Shown in pieces: positions 1 to 11,271 of a DNA stretch of 64,000 nucleotides; position 1 is the stretch's first letter; each line of letters begins with the position of its first letter. This DNA is from Vitrella brassicaformis CCMP3155 (Eukaryota > Protista > Chromerida): assembly GCA_001179505.1 (NCBI GenBank), contig CDMY01000458.1:1-64000 (forward strand), in the 5' to 3' direction. The position numbers and the translations under genes are program-made. The notes beneath the pieces are model-generated. The model had not been told where the DNA came from and searched no databases. It saw only the letters and a list, made by a program, of their open reading frames with translations.

Positions 1-320
1 AGCGACGAGCCGATGCCCTCACTCAACGGGGCACCGAAGGTGCGCACAGCACAAGAGATACACAGAGAGAGAGAGAGAGAGTGAGTGGTGTCAGGGAGGG
101 AGGCGGACACGCCTCGCTTGTCTGTGGACGTGTCCATGCAGGAAGCGAGCAGTGGGCTAAAGAGCGCGTCAACATGATAGGGCAGGCACTCACTGGCAGT
201 CCGCCTCCGAGATCGGGGTAGGGTTCCCGTTCCCCAAGGCACCTCCCAAGCGAAGTGAGCAAGATAATCGAGCTCACTCACGAAAGGCCATGCACGCCGG
301 CATGTGTTTGCTTTTGTCAG

Positions 321-547
321 GGGATACCTTCAAGCGCACGCGTCTGGACACGTCGCGCAACGGAGGCGACCGCAACGGTACAACAGACACATCGGCCCGC
401 CAATCGCCGCCCATGAGTGCATACCTGTGTGTCATTCAGGCCACTTCGGGTCGAGCGCGCGGCGGGCGCGGCGGGGGAGGCTATGGGGGCCCGTACGGCC
501 CTCCGATGATGGGCGGCTACCAGCCCTCCGGCATGCAGTGGAGCTAG
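321..547 (+). CDS. 3' exons of a gene ending in an RGG/Gly-Tyr-Pro-rich tail (possible RNA-binding protein C-terminus)
   Basis: Putative exons 321-377 and 440-547 with a GT..AG intron; last exon reads ATSGRARGGRGGGGYGGPYGPPMMGGYQPSGMQWS*. Upstream exons not resolved. Confidence 0.35.
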
Positions 548-787
548 ATACCCCGCACAGACCGGTAGCTCTGAGTAGATAGGCGGGTGGGGGGTAGCTC
601 CACCGATTGATTGCATGCAGACGGAGCTGAGGCTCCTGCCATGCATAATGACTGGCAGATAGACACCAGGAAGGTGACGTACTAGGCAGGTGTGTCACTC
701 GCAATGGTCAGAGAGAGACCCACTGCTGCGTGTGACAAGCACGTGTTGATGTGAGTGGGGGAGGGGGGGGGGGAGAGGGGGGCCGTT

Positions 788-1087
788 NNNNNNNNNNNNN
801 NNNNNNNNNNNNNNNNNNNNNNNNNNNNNNNNNNNNNNNNNNNNNNNNNNNNNNNNNNNNNNNNNNNNNNNNNNNNNNNNNNNNNNNNNNNNNNNNNNNN
901 NNNNNNNNNNNNNNNNNNNNNNNNNNNNNNNNNNNNNNNNNNNNNNNNNNNNNNNNNNNNNNNNNNNNNNNNNNNNNNNNNNNNNNNNNNNNNNNNNNNN
1001 NNNNNNNNNNNNNNNNNNNNNNNNNNNNNNNNNNNNNNNNNNNNNNNNNNNNNNNNNNNNNNNNNNNNNNNNNNNNNNNNNNNNNNN
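788..1087. other. Assembly gap (300 N)
   Basis: Exactly 300 N. The G-rich sequence GGGGAGAGGGGGGCCGTT occurs on both sides, suggesting overlapping contig ends. Confidence 0.95.
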
Positions 1088-1890
1088 GGGGGGGGGGGAG
1101 AGGGGGGCCGTTTGTGACCTCTGCCGGCACACCACAGGCGGTGTGTTACTGACTCACTGATGCAACCTGATTGTCGGCTGACCCGACATTGCGTTGTATG
1201 CGAGCCGCATGCACCGGTGTCCATGTGGCGTGCTTGGTCCATTCTTTAGAGTGCTTGGGCATGTGTAGATCCCCCACACGTCTACGTGTGTGGACGCACG
1301 TATTCATGCGTGCATTTGTGAGTAAAGGGGCAGGAGAGGGAAAGGGTCGGGCTGTGATTAGATGGGAGACTCGAGAGCGAGGAGACAGCAGACACCTGAT
1401 TGTGCCGTGCTTGAGACATTGAATGCAATGACTCAATTCAACCGATTGACACCATCACAATCGATCAGTCCCACACAGATACGCACAAACGTTGGCACAC
1501 ATCACACGGCATGATGCGCCTGGCTGCAAGTTGTGTGTCTCTGTAGGCTGTTGTCTCATGACACCTGCACGTCGAGATTCTCGACATTGTCGAATGGACC
1601 CATGGTTACTACACCCGATTTCACCCTTCACTCAAAGCGGTTAAAGTTTGCCTAGTGCGGAGAGGCTGCTTACAACCCCCTGAGCAGCCATACGGGGGGA
1701 GCCAGTCGCGCCAGTCCTCTTCCACAGCGGCACATCAGTACAAGCACATTACCTATACAAGCACATTACTTATGACCACGAACTCCAGGTAGGAGGGCGT
1801 ACTGTAAGAACAGATGAGAGACACAAGCAGAGACACATTAGTTGCCCAATGCTTGGTGCTGTGTCTGAAAGTGTGGGACTGTCGCGCCTG

Positions 1891-1915
1891 CAGTCCGGAC
1901 CGCGTAAGTGGGTCA
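1891..1915 (+). repeat. Extra outer copy of the pogo terminal inverted repeat
   Basis: CAGTCCGGACCGCGTAAGTGGGTCA, identical to 1955-1979 but preceded by TG rather than TA. Confidence 0.85.
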
Positions 1916-1954
1916 GTACATGACCCACTTACGCGTCTGACCCGCTTATACGTA

Positions 1955-1979
1955 CAGTCCGGACCGCGTAAGTGGGTCA
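1955..1979 (+). repeat. Terminal inverted repeat (left)
   Basis: TA|CAGTCCGGACCGCGTAAGTGGGTCA. Confidence 0.9.
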
Positions 1980-2357
1980 GTATAGGGCTGACCCACTTAC
2001 GCGTTAAATTCGTTATCACCTGAAACGGACTTTTTCTCAGGTGAAAACAGACTTCAGCTTGCGCTCCTGTGATCGCTCTACTCCTCTGCTCCTCTTTAGA
2101 GGTCTCATACATCAGTGTAATGACAGTGATTCTGCAATGGGAGGTGCCGCTGGATGAGACATGAGCGAACGGATGAGTCACACGATTATGTGCTTGTTTG
2201 TTAGTCAACAATCAATGATGGATCATTGATTCAATTCATTCATTCATTCATCTAGTGAATCACTGCATCACTACAGACAACCCTTCTCGGTTGCTTCGCT
2301 TGGGAGACGGCCGTGATCCTGGCCTGACTGGCCACGAGGTGGCCGGCCATGGGTGTC

Positions 2358-5300
2358 TCACATCACCCATACGTGGTCACCATAGCCGGCCACCATATAG
2401 AGAAACGCCCACCCACCTCCCCCGTCGGCTTTCCCGCCGTATACAGGTATTTGTACGAATGTGTACCCTCCATAGGGTGTACGTACACGTCCCTCGTCGG
2501 CTGCCTGTATACGTACGAAATGTCCCTTCTGCCTTCCTTCCTCTCTGGTCTGTGCGAGTGCTCTTTCGATCAGCCTCCTCGTGGCCGGCGTAGCATGCTG
2601 GGTCGCCCACGGAAGTGCACGCTCCAGTCCTGCAACGGCGTCAACGATGAGGCCTCGCTCCGAAGCAACTGAAAGGTCCGAGAGTTTCAAAGAGAGAAGG
2701 AGAGGTACGTGGCATACCCACCAATCCAATATGTGTGCTGTCTTCCTTTTGTCTTGCCTACCTCTCGCAGCCATGTCGTTGTCCCCTCCTGCCTCTCCCA
2801 TCTCCTCGTCTTCAAACTCTGCCGGCTGCTCGTCGGGCCTGGCGTCCCTCTCGCCAAATGCGATGGCATCCTCCTCACTCATGGATTGGCGGGCCGCCTC
2901 CAGCCGCTCCTCTGCGATATGATCTGCGATGTCCTTGTACGTGACGCCAGTCGGCACCACGAGCGTGTCGGGCTCGAGCTGCCCCTCAAAGGCAGCCCAG
3001 TCGTACCGGCCGCCGAGAGAAACATCACCAACCAAGTACTCCTGGAGAAGCACACACAGGACAAACAGAGCCGTGAGCATCCAAGCATGCATGCTCTCTC
3101 CCTGTCTCTGTGTGTGTGTGTGTGTGTGTGTCTGTGTGCGTACATGTCCATCAGTGTGCTCGACCATCATCTCCTCCATCGACCCCCGACCGCCGTCACC
3201 CATGGAGGCGGCCACCGTCCCCGCAACCCCCTCACCCATCCATGCCTGCGTGGCTGCCTCCACTGCAGCGTCTGCATGCCGACTGACGGCATCGCTGTCA
3301 CCCGCTGGCATGCCGTCCATCATGCCGCGCCCATTGTCCATCATGCCGCCCACTGCATCGCTGTCACCCGCCGGCATGCCGTCCATCATGCCGTCCCCAT
3401 TGTCCATCATGCCGCCCTCCTCATTGTCGGCCTCCTCCGCAGCCCTCCATGCTGCCATGTACGCCTCCAGTCCGCCCATGGCGATCACCTTGGGATGGCG
3501 GGCCAGCTCCAGCTCCCTCCAGTTGGGTGCAAGTGCTTCCTCGTCATCCATCATCATGTAGTCGTCCTCTGGGGGCGGGGGTATCCCCGTCGGCATGGCA
3601 GCCGGGGCGGTCGGCTCAGGCAACTGGGATGGTTGGCCGCCCTCACCATTGCCGTCGCCCTCCATGCCATCGTCATCTCCATACCCAGCCATGAGCTGCA
3701 GCAGCGGGAGGGGCCGAGGGGGCGGATGGAAGAAGGGATCGTGCTGCTGCCCGACTGCCGCTGATGCAGTGTCTGCTGGTGTCGAATGCGCCATGTGGCC
3801 TGCCTGGTCGTGGGGCGGCGGGGCGTCGTTCTGCTGGCTGGGTGGGGGTGGCTCGGGCACGTCATGGTGGTGGGGGTGGGGGTCCGGGTGGTGGTGGGGC
3901 TGTGCCATGTCGACGTCAATGCCGTCCGTCTGCTGGTGCTGTTGCGGCTCCGGCATTCTGCCCTCCACGCGAATGAAGAGCTCCTTGAGGGACTCGACGG
4001 TACATCGCGCATGTCTCAAGCAGTTCTCGATGGTCACCCTGCGAAGACAGCAGCATGCATTATGGGATGAGGAGCCGATTATGGGGGTCATGAGTGTCGT
4101 GCAGTCATCTTACGGGGTGACTTCTGCCCACGCTTCTGAGGGGATCTCGAGGCATCTGCGGAGCCCCCCTCCCTTGCCGGCCTGGCTGTCTGTGCGTCCA
4201 GCCAGCTGGCCCCACACCCACTGCAGCTCACGCGCCATGTACTTGACCTTGAGGGTCCAGATGATACCCGCGTCCAGCGGCTGGATGAGGGCTGTGGCTT
4301 TGGGTGGCAAATACAGCATCGTGACATTCGACAGCCGCTCGGTCAGGAAGTGGGTGCTGTGGTTGTCGAGGATGAGGAGGGCGTGGCGGCCCTGCTCGCG
4401 CATGTCGTCATTGAAGTCGGCGGCCCACTGCTCGAACCGCTCGCTGGTTATGTATGTTGACGGGGTGGTGGCGCGGTCGATGTTGTGGCCCACATGCTTC
4501 TCCCAATCCCAGCCGGCGATGTCGCGGGGGTTCTTGCTCTTGTAGATGACCAGCAGCCGCCGCTTGTCAGTGCCGGTCATGTTGACGTATGCCACGATCG
4601 AGACACGCTTGCGGTGCTTCTTGCGACCTGTCATTCCAGGTAATGAATGCATCCATGCACCGTGCATTGTCTGTCCTCATCATCATGCGTGTGTGTGTGG
4701 TGTGTTCATACCGGCCAGGTGAGTGTCTTCCGGCATGTACGCCCGCGTCGGCATGCCACCGAGATACAGGGCGCTCCCATCCATATTGTAGATGTCCTCC
4801 GGCCGGAAGCGCAGCAGGGTGGGGTAAAGGACGTGCCGCTGGAAGACGTAGGTGGCCGTCCGATCGGCTTCGGCTGCCTCGCCCTCGAGCCGGCGGCACA
4901 CCAGCCGATGGTTGCGCACGAACCTCTTGACCCACGACACGGGCGCCTGATCGGTAGGGAACGCACACCCTGAGGGGGAAAGAAGACAGTGAGGGTACAC
5001 ATGGATGGATGGCGGTACTCACTCACCTGGAAACGTGTCTTTGACCAGGCCCGTGACATGATTGTCGGCAAACCACGCACGCAGGGCCTTCTCGAGGGGC
5101 CCTCGCTGCTGCTTGCGGTAGCGCTTGCGTGCTGGATCGGCTGACACTGTGATGGTGGCCCTCCACCACTCCCAGTGCTGCGTGACCCGCTGGATAGTCC
5201 ATTTGGTGAATCCGGCGATGTCTGCGATGAGCCGGTTGGATAGTTTGCGTGGAGTGCCGTCCTGGTCTGCGAGTGGACACACTCTGCCGTCCTTCATGGT

Positions 5301-6247
5301 GTGTGTGCCGGAGAGGTCATGTGTGCCGTCGTACATCTTGATCACACGCAGACTGCACACACACACGCACACACACACACACACGGACGCGTTTGCTGAT
5401 GCTTGTGTGTGTCTGTCTGTCTGTCTTGTCAGATCCCCATTTCTCACCGCTGCGCGTCGTTCATTTGTTTGTTTTTGGGTTGGTGTTGTTCTGACGGGAA
5501 TGCGGCCGCCGTCTGCTTGGCCGCCATCGGCTTGCGAACACCCGGCATCAGTGCGCTGTCGGGGAGAGGGCCGAGGCGAGGAAGGGTCTCGGCATACGCT
5601 GCTGCGGCCGCATCTTGCTGCACAGACACACACACAGACAGACACACACACACGCAGATGGGTGCTTGAATGCATGTGTGTCATATGTCTGCAGGTACCT
5701 CTTGTTTTTGCTCGAGGCGGAGCTTCTTGCGTTCTTCCTTCTTGCGCTCCCTCTCATCGTTGGCCTCTTGCTTCTTCTGGTCCTCGAGGGCCTGAGCGGC
5801 CATCTCGGTCCGCTCAGCGGCGATGGCGTCACTGACGTACTGCTCCATCGCCGCCACCCCGTCTGCCGCCCCGTCTGCCGCCCCTCCGGCAGCATCCCCC
5901 TCTCCCTCATCGGCATCCTCCCCCTCTCCCTCATGACCCTCGTCCCCCTCTCCCTCGCCACCCTCACCCGCATCTTCATCACGCGGTCTCTTGACGCCTC
6001 TGGCCTTTGGCTTGGCCTTGGCCTTAGCCTTGGACTTGGGTTTGGGTTTGGGTCTGGCTTTGGCCTTGCCCGCCGCTGCTGCCTTGGGTGCTGCCGTCTC
6101 GTTGCCGTCGGCGAGGTTGACGGCCACTGCTGCGTCTTCCTGCAGGGCCTCCTCGTTGTCTCGTTTCTTTTGCGATGGCTTGCGCGTCCGCGGATGGTTG
6201 AGGATCTCCGGTTTGCGGTCTTCGTACTTGTGCCGCTTCATTGCGAT
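2358..6247 (-). CDS. Multi-exon pogo-family transposase (HTH CENP-B-type + DDE_1, DD30D) with long N- and C-terminal extensions
   Basis: Exons join in frame: >=6247-5699, 5617-5448, 5352-5027, 4969-4712, 4627-~4113, 4039-~3146, ~3047-2767, ~2670-2358. Motifs: LEKALRAWF (HTH), SWVKRF, IYNMDGS (D1), LLILDNHSTH (D2), LYLPPKATALIQPLDAGII (D3, 30 residues after D2), WAEVTP-VTIENC. The start is hidden by the gap at 6249. Confidence 0.88.
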
Positions 6248-6248
6248 G

Positions 6249-6548
6249 NNNNNNNNNNNNNNNNNNNNNNNNNNNNNNNNNNNNNNNNNNNNNNNNNNNN
6301 NNNNNNNNNNNNNNNNNNNNNNNNNNNNNNNNNNNNNNNNNNNNNNNNNNNNNNNNNNNNNNNNNNNNNNNNNNNNNNNNNNNNNNNNNNNNNNNNNNNN
6401 NNNNNNNNNNNNNNNNNNNNNNNNNNNNNNNNNNNNNNNNNNNNNNNNNNNNNNNNNNNNNNNNNNNNNNNNNNNNNNNNNNNNNNNNNNNNNNNNNNNN
6501 NNNNNNNNNNNNNNNNNNNNNNNNNNNNNNNNNNNNNNNNNNNNNNNN
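6249..6548. other. Assembly gap (300 N)
   Basis: Exactly 300 N, inside the transposon. Confidence 0.95.
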
Positions 6549-7034
6549 GTGGGTGGGTGGGTGGACGGGGCGGGAGGGGAGGGGTGGGGCCGGCAGGTCA
6601 GTTCTGGTCACTCTCAGATGCTTCTTGCTGAATGAATGTCGTCAAATGAAGATGGTGACTCAATTGACTCGCTTGATTGTCACAGCGGTGCCGTCATTGC
6701 AGCGCGAGCGACAGAATGCTCTTCCGTTTACATTGAGAGTCAAGCTCGCCAAGCAAACTCGCCTTTTCGTCGCAAATCGCCATCCAGAATGGTTCATCTC
6801 AGAAGATGACCATCGAAATGTCTGTATTTCTCCGTTGAATCACTCTTTCATCGGTCCGCTCTTTCACAGAGAGGTTCTTCATCGTCTTCCGGTCATTTTG
6901 AGCCATGAATGGTCGGTTTGGATGGCTGATTTGAGTCTCTTTGGGAGGTGACCCACTTACACGGTCCGTTTTTGACTGTGTACGGAGTGATCGGGATGGG
7001 CTGACCCACTTACGCAACTGACCCGCTTATGCGG

Positions 7035-7059
7035 TGACCCACTTACGCGGTCCGGACTG
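7035..7059 (-). repeat. Terminal inverted repeat (right)
   Basis: TGACCCACTTACGCGGTCCGGACTG|TA. Confidence 0.9.
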
Positions 7060-9009
7060 TACATGACGCTGTGTATTGTGTTTGGCCTCTTGCTTTTGGC
7101 CCATTGCAATTGTATCCACGCTTGGTTTTGATGGCGATTGGGACAATGTTGGCCATGGCTCATTGCAGTAGGGCTGGATCTGCAGGCATCCATTTTACGG
7201 TGCTATGCAGCTCGCGCACCGACCAGCAGAGCACCACGCCTGGATCACCTGTCTGACTGTACAGGTACGTATCCGTGCACCTCACGCGCACCACTATCCA
7301 TCCACATATCACTCTCTTGTGTCGGATGACTGCAGTGTGTTTGGTGTGCTCGTCTGGCATGGTATGAGCCTTGGCTGCCATCACACCGGGTCGTAGCCCT
7401 ACTCGTTGGTACGGATCTTCACCGCACTCACTCATTGGGCCACGACCATGTTCACTTCTGGCTTGTATTGCATCGCATGGTGTGCTCAGCTTGGGATGTG
7501 TCGTGTGGTTGGTTGGTTTTGACTGGTGCATGCCAGGGACACTACTCACTACTGATGGTACGCACCTACACGTGTGATGCGGACCATCCATCACCTCTCT
7601 CTATGTGGATGGTATGCTGGTACGTCTGGTTGATTGGGTTACCACTGCTGGTACGTCACACTCACACACGCCATCACATATGGCTTACTCCATCCATCAC
7701 CTCTCTCTCTCTCGCCATACGTGTGGATGGTGGTGCAGGGTGACGGCACATCTGTGGTGTCGTGTTTGGTTTGTGTCATCGGGGCATCTTGTGTATGGAC
7801 CGCTGGTACGCTACTCGCCCCACCCCTCACACACATCGCTGTCCATCTCACCTATGGTGTTGTGTGTGGCTGGTGTCATGTGTGTGGTGTGGTGTGGTGC
7901 GGTGCAGTTCTAGATAGACTCTCGATTGGACATCTGCGTATTATCTACTATACGTCTGTGGTGAGCTACGTCACTCACATCCGCCTTGCGGTCCAGCATA
8001 CGTTCACCCGGCGACATCACATATATCACAGGGACCCGTATCAAATAGCGGCGAGCGATAGCAAGCGTGTTTACCTGGATGGCAGGACGCTTTGTGATGA
8101 GTCCTGCAGGATAGAATGATGAAACTTTCAGCCGCATAGTCCAGCTGGCCCAGCTGGTTGAGCCTCTTTGGATTGGCCAGCACTCGACAAAACGATTAAG
8201 GAACGCCAGGCCGGTAGCGCAACTGCGGCTGGCGGAAAGATCCCATCGTATCGCCGCCGCACTCGCCAAAACCAGGCTTCTCATCTTGTCAACAACACTT
8301 CCATTCCCCTTCCTCCACATAAGTCAAGCAAACCATCATACCCACGCAAACCATCATATACCCCTTCCTTTGTTTGTCTCCTCCCTTCTCCCCCACCTGT
8401 TCAATCAATACTGACGGCCCGATACGAATCAAATCTATATGTGCGCGACCGACTGCCTGTCAGTGCCTGATGCGGTCTGAGTATACTCTTATTTTTTTTG
8501 ACTTCAATCATGCTTATTTTTGACTTCAATCATGCTAAACATCGACGTCTGACAAATCAACAACACACTAAACAAACAAACAAACAGACAGACAGACGTG
8601 GAATTAACTTTTCCCCGTCAACTTCTTGTCAAATCATCGAAAAATTGTAGCTGAGCAGTGCATAATAAAGATGTCTGGTTGTTCTCCCTGCTGCCGCCTC
8701 GCCATGAACGCATGTCTCCCTCTTGCCTCTGCCTGCTGCTGTGGGTCTTGCTGCATTACAAGTGGTGCCCCAAGAAAAACAGTCTGCACTCAGGCATCTC
8801 TGTGTATGCAAACATATTCATGGATATGTAGACAAGTGACAAGAAGAGTGCATATGTGCGTCAGGGGGAGGAGGCTGACGGCCTGACGGCTGGGCAGGTG
8901 GTGAAGCTAGGTGCCGCTGGCGTTCATCTCACCGAAAGGGCGCGCAAAGGTCAGGGGTGGAGGGAAACGGGGAGATCTACGTGAGCGGCAAGTGTGTGTG
9001 TGTTTGTGT

Positions 9010-9915
9010 GCTGCTGGATGCGTTCAGTTGGTGCAAAGACGGTAGAACTTGATGGGTTCGGCGAGAAGAACAAAGGCGGCGAGGCCAGTACGTCCGCCGT
9101 GGTGGGCAACGAGCGTGAGCAGGAGCTGCAGCAGTACAAGCCGCAACACATTCTGGATGACCTGCCCGCATTTGGTATGCCACGATCAGCTCGGCCGCAC
9201 CCACTCACGCACCCATCCACCCACCCACCCACCCACCGACCATGAGCCTCACGCGTCTGTTTATCTCTCTGGTGTTCATGGCTGGGCCTGTGTGTACGTG
9301 CGTGTGTGTGTCAGCCAAAGGACCACTGCTGTGGCTCATCATGCGCGTGTTCTGCCTCCTTCCCAAGCCGTCACCGAACGGGTCGCCGACCAACTACATC
9401 ACTTCTGCGCAACTTGACGATATCGCGTCATCCCAGGCTCTGCCCTACAGTAAGTAAATACGGCTTTGGATGAGAGAGTCAAGGGCACGACCGACGGGAC
9501 ACATGTCTATGTGTGTATGCGTGTCTGTTCCATTCAGCTCAGTACGAGATAGTGTCTTCGACATCCACGACCAGGACGCCATGACCATCTACAAAACCAT
9601 CACGTTAGAGGACATCCAGGTCAGTCACGCAAGCAAGTGGCCCGTCTCGTGTGGGGTCTCACGTGTGCATGTCGTTTCACAAGTGCTGCATTTTGTGTGT
9701 TGCAGCACACGAAGTTTCGCAGTGACCTGTTGGAGCGTTTCTACTACATGTACAAGTACGCCTCCCACCAAGTGCTCGCCCTGTGCCCTCATCGACGAGG
9801 TGGCGTTGGAGGGCATTCTCAAGGAGATTCCGCCATACAAGATGTGGCATATGCCGGTCAGTGGGCGGGCAAGGAAAGGCAAACACGGCTGATCTCACGG
9901 AATGCTTTGGTGTGA
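9010..9915 (+). CDS. Hypothetical multi-exon protein
   Basis: Four GC3-rich exons join in frame: ...KPQHILDDLPAF / AKGPLLWLIMRVFCLLPKP...ALPY / IRDSVFDIHDQDAMTIYKTITLEDIQ / HTKFRSDLLERFYYMYKY...NALV*. No family recognised; start uncertain. Confidence 0.5.
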
Positions 9916-11271
9916 TGGACGGCTTGTGGATAGATTAAGGACTGGCGTAGAGGGAATTGGATGGTAGGTATGCACCAAAGTCGATGGATTTGTGGCATTG
10001 GTTTGGACACCCTCCTCCCCGTGAGCGTTTGACTCTGCGTGCTCATGGGACTGTATTTGTATGAGTATCACGGGCACACAAACGAGTGTTACGTATAATG
10101 CAAGTTTCTCCCTTAATACAAGCACCCACGCATCCACACACATGTTTGTCTCTCTGCATGTTGTTCTCTGTCTATTTGAGCTGGCCGTGTGTGGTTGTGT
10201 GGGTGGATCGGTGGTTTCCTTGGGTGTGGGTGAGCGGCTGGCTGGCTGGCGGCCTGGCTGGCTGGATAGATGGATGGATGGGCGGGAGGGCGGGCAAGTG
10301 ATTGTTTGGATGCATAGATGACTAATCGGTGCACACAGGTATGTGTACCTTCTGGTAAGCTGCGATCTGGCCATCTGATATGACAAGCTCAAGGTCTTCT
10401 TCTTGCTCCTGCTCTTGCTCCCGTCCTGCGTCGCCCCTACAGATGGATCAGGCATGGGCAGGTCAAAGTCTCGGTTCTGTTTTTTCTTCGACTGGGTGTG
10501 ACGACTGCTCGGCGTGAAAGCAACATTGTGATAGTCAGGGTCGGCCTGGCGCGTCTTCCAAGGTCGCATACTGCAGCCCGTCAGACAAGCACCACAGGCG
10601 AATGGCTGATGCAACTCTTTGTTCGAGGGCCATTGGGTCTGTTGCTGATACGAAAGGGCCGCGCTGGACGTATCCATTGCCCCAGGCCTAGAGAGAATTG
10701 ATTGGATACTCGCCCCCTCGAGACGCAAGAGAAATCCTTGAAAGGACAAATGACTGTTAAGCTCATCCATCCCACACATGCATCGCGTGACAATGAGATG
10801 CTTGACAAAGCACGCAGATTGGTCTTGACACGCCACAGAGAGAGATAGAGCTCTCTCTCTCTTACGCAAACGCAATCAACATGCATGTGGCACATATACA
10901 ACTGAATATGGCAGTACGTAAAGGACGTAAAGAGGCAGACGTAAAGACACGGAACGGGTATTTACGTCGAAAGACATCTAGCTGGATGTATAACAAGCTA
11001 TGAAGCGCGATAGGAATCAAATGAATACGGCGTCTCTACAAAAACGTGTGACAGAGCTGACACTCAAGTGACTAAATGCGTTTAAACGATGATTACCACG
11101 CTGTTGTGTTCGAGTTTTGCATAATTCGTGAGATGTTGAGCTCCTGGACACCTACAGATTGGACACACATGACTTACCCCGATCGAGGTATTAATGATCA
11201 AGTCCTACAAGCCCGTTAGCATGGGGGGCGTTTCTTATGAGAATGAAATGAAAGCGGGACCAGTGGGCAAA

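Larger units (their letters stand above)
1955..7059 (-). mobile_element. pogo/Tigger-like (Tc1/mariner superfamily) DNA transposon, apparently complete
   Basis: Perfect 25-bp TIRs at 1955-1979 (CAGTCCGGACCGCGTAAGTGGGTCA) and 7035-7059 (reverse complement), each flanked by TA (1953-1954, 7060-7061); encloses a CENP-B-HTH + DDE_1 transposase gene. Confidence 0.9.

Noticed and set aside
682-1242. ORFs spanning N-gaps (also at 6.2, 16.6, 40.4, 51.6 and 58.1 kb)
   Set aside because: Open only because N codons contain no stops.
1891-2003. CRISPR-like repeat array
   Set aside because: The repeats are in both orientations, have no unique spacers, and match the transposon TIR.
7560-7900. Repeated GCTGGTACG and CCATCCATCACCTCTCTCT motifs with small hairpins
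   Set aside because: Low-complexity and degenerate; no consistent unit or coding frame.
7910-8470. ORFs 7910-8320 and 8168-8470 as element remnants
   Set aside because: No recognisable motif in any frame. The 24-bp tandem duplication at ~8490-8535 is trivial.
9895-10875. 326-aa minus-strand ORF
   Set aside because: Runs through microsatellite-type sequence; at most a partial exon and no family evidence.
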